From contig NC_090353.1 in assembly GCF_035084215.1 (NCBI RefSeq), positions 18,600,001-18,664,000 of the forward strand: DNA of 64,000 nucleotides, written 5' to 3'. The DNA comes from Heptranchias perlo. Its lineage: Eukaryota. Each line of letters starts with the position of its first letter. Position 1 is the stretch's first letter. Shown here one piece after another: positions 63,300 to 64,000 of this stretch. The position numbers and the translations under genes are program-made. The notes below the pieces were generated by a model. The model did no database searches. It was not told the DNA's origin and saw only the letters and a list, made by a program, of their open reading frames with translations.

Positions 63300-64000
63300 T
63301 GGAGGAGGTTAGAGATAGAGGGATTTAAACACAAATAAGAATTTTAAATTTGAAGCATTGAGGGAATGTAGGTCAGTGAGAACAGGTATTAGTGCAGGAT
63401 AGGATACGGCAGCGGAGTTTTGGTTCACCTGATGTTTATAGGAGGATGGAGGATGGGAGGCCAGCAAGAAGATCATTGGAATAGTCGAGTCTGAAGGTGA
63501 TAAAGGCATGGATGAGGGTTTCAGCAGCTAATAGGCTGAGGTAGGGGCAGAGATGGACGAGGTTACATAGGTGTAGGTAAGTGATATTTGCGATGGAGTC
63601 AAATAGAATGGAGTCAAATAGAATGGAGTTGAACATGGGTTCCAATAGAATGCTGAGGTTGCGAACAGTCTGGTTCAGCCTGAAACAGTGGTCAGGGATG
63701 CAGTCAGTGGCAAGGTAACAGTTTGTGGTGGGGGGGGCTGAAGATTATGGCTTTGGTCTTCACAATATTTAGTTGGAGGAAACTGCGGCTCATCCACTGG
63801 ATGTAGGACCAGCAGTTTGACAACACAGAGACAGTGCAAGCGTTGAGAGAGGTGGTAGAGAGGTCGTGTTGGGTGTTGCCAGCATACATGTGGAAGCTGA
63901 CCCCGTGTCTTCAGATGATGTTCCCAAGGTGCAGCAAGTATGAAGAGGAAGACGGGGTCAAGGATAGATTCTTGGGGGACTTCAAAGACAATGGTGTGGG
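63300..64000 (-). mobile_element. L2 LINE RT 3' portion
   Basis: WMSRSFLQLNIVKTKAIIF, AAETLIHAFITFRLDYSNDLLAGLP, VPQESILDP. Confidence 0.82.

Noticed and set aside
63592-63635. Short 16-bp tandem duplication (ATGGAGTCAAATAGA) resembling a repeat array
   Set aside because: Only ~2.5 units with no spacers; a slippage duplication inside an L2 fragment
1-64000. Prokaryotic systems (CRISPR, retron, DGR, defence operons) suggested by multiple RT ORFs
   Set aside because: Spliced vertebrate genes and eukaryotic LINE/Penelope/Gypsy domains explain all RT-related ORFs; no repeat-spacer array seen

Overview
Repeat-rich vertebrate genomic DNA, very probably a cartilaginous fish (shark). The taxon is inferred from the CR1/L2/Penelope/Deu-SINE repeat landscape and the gene sequences. 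Two spliced host genes lie on the minus strand. (1) The last nine coding exons of RANBP3 (59012 down to the stop at 26083) splice in frame, with two FVFG motifs, the Ran-binding domain and the ...QTTGST* C-terminus. (2) A RING/B-box1/B-box2/coiled-coil TRIM gene has exons 8687-8124, 5180-5085 and 3275-3042, with a triple-GAAA ISRE 20 bp upstream of its ATG; no PRY/SPRY exon is visible in the window. The rest is largely transposon-derived: a near-complete CR1 LINE with an SGNH-esterase ORF1 inserted into a fossil Harbinger transposase; a Gmr1-type Gypsy element (SCAN-like gag, integrase before RNase H, both LTRs, PBS, CTGG TSD); a Penelope element (RT + GIY-YIG) whose terminal repeats carry minimal hammerhead ribozyme motifs, with one solo copy retaining an intact core; an inverted MITE pair; Deu-type and other tRNA SINEs; and L2 and RTE fragments. 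I found no clearly novel system. The best leads are the interferon-responsive TRIM with an anomalous fourth exon, the hammerhead motifs and the SCAN-bearing retrotransposon. All calls were made by eye without database searches, and repeat boundaries are approximate.
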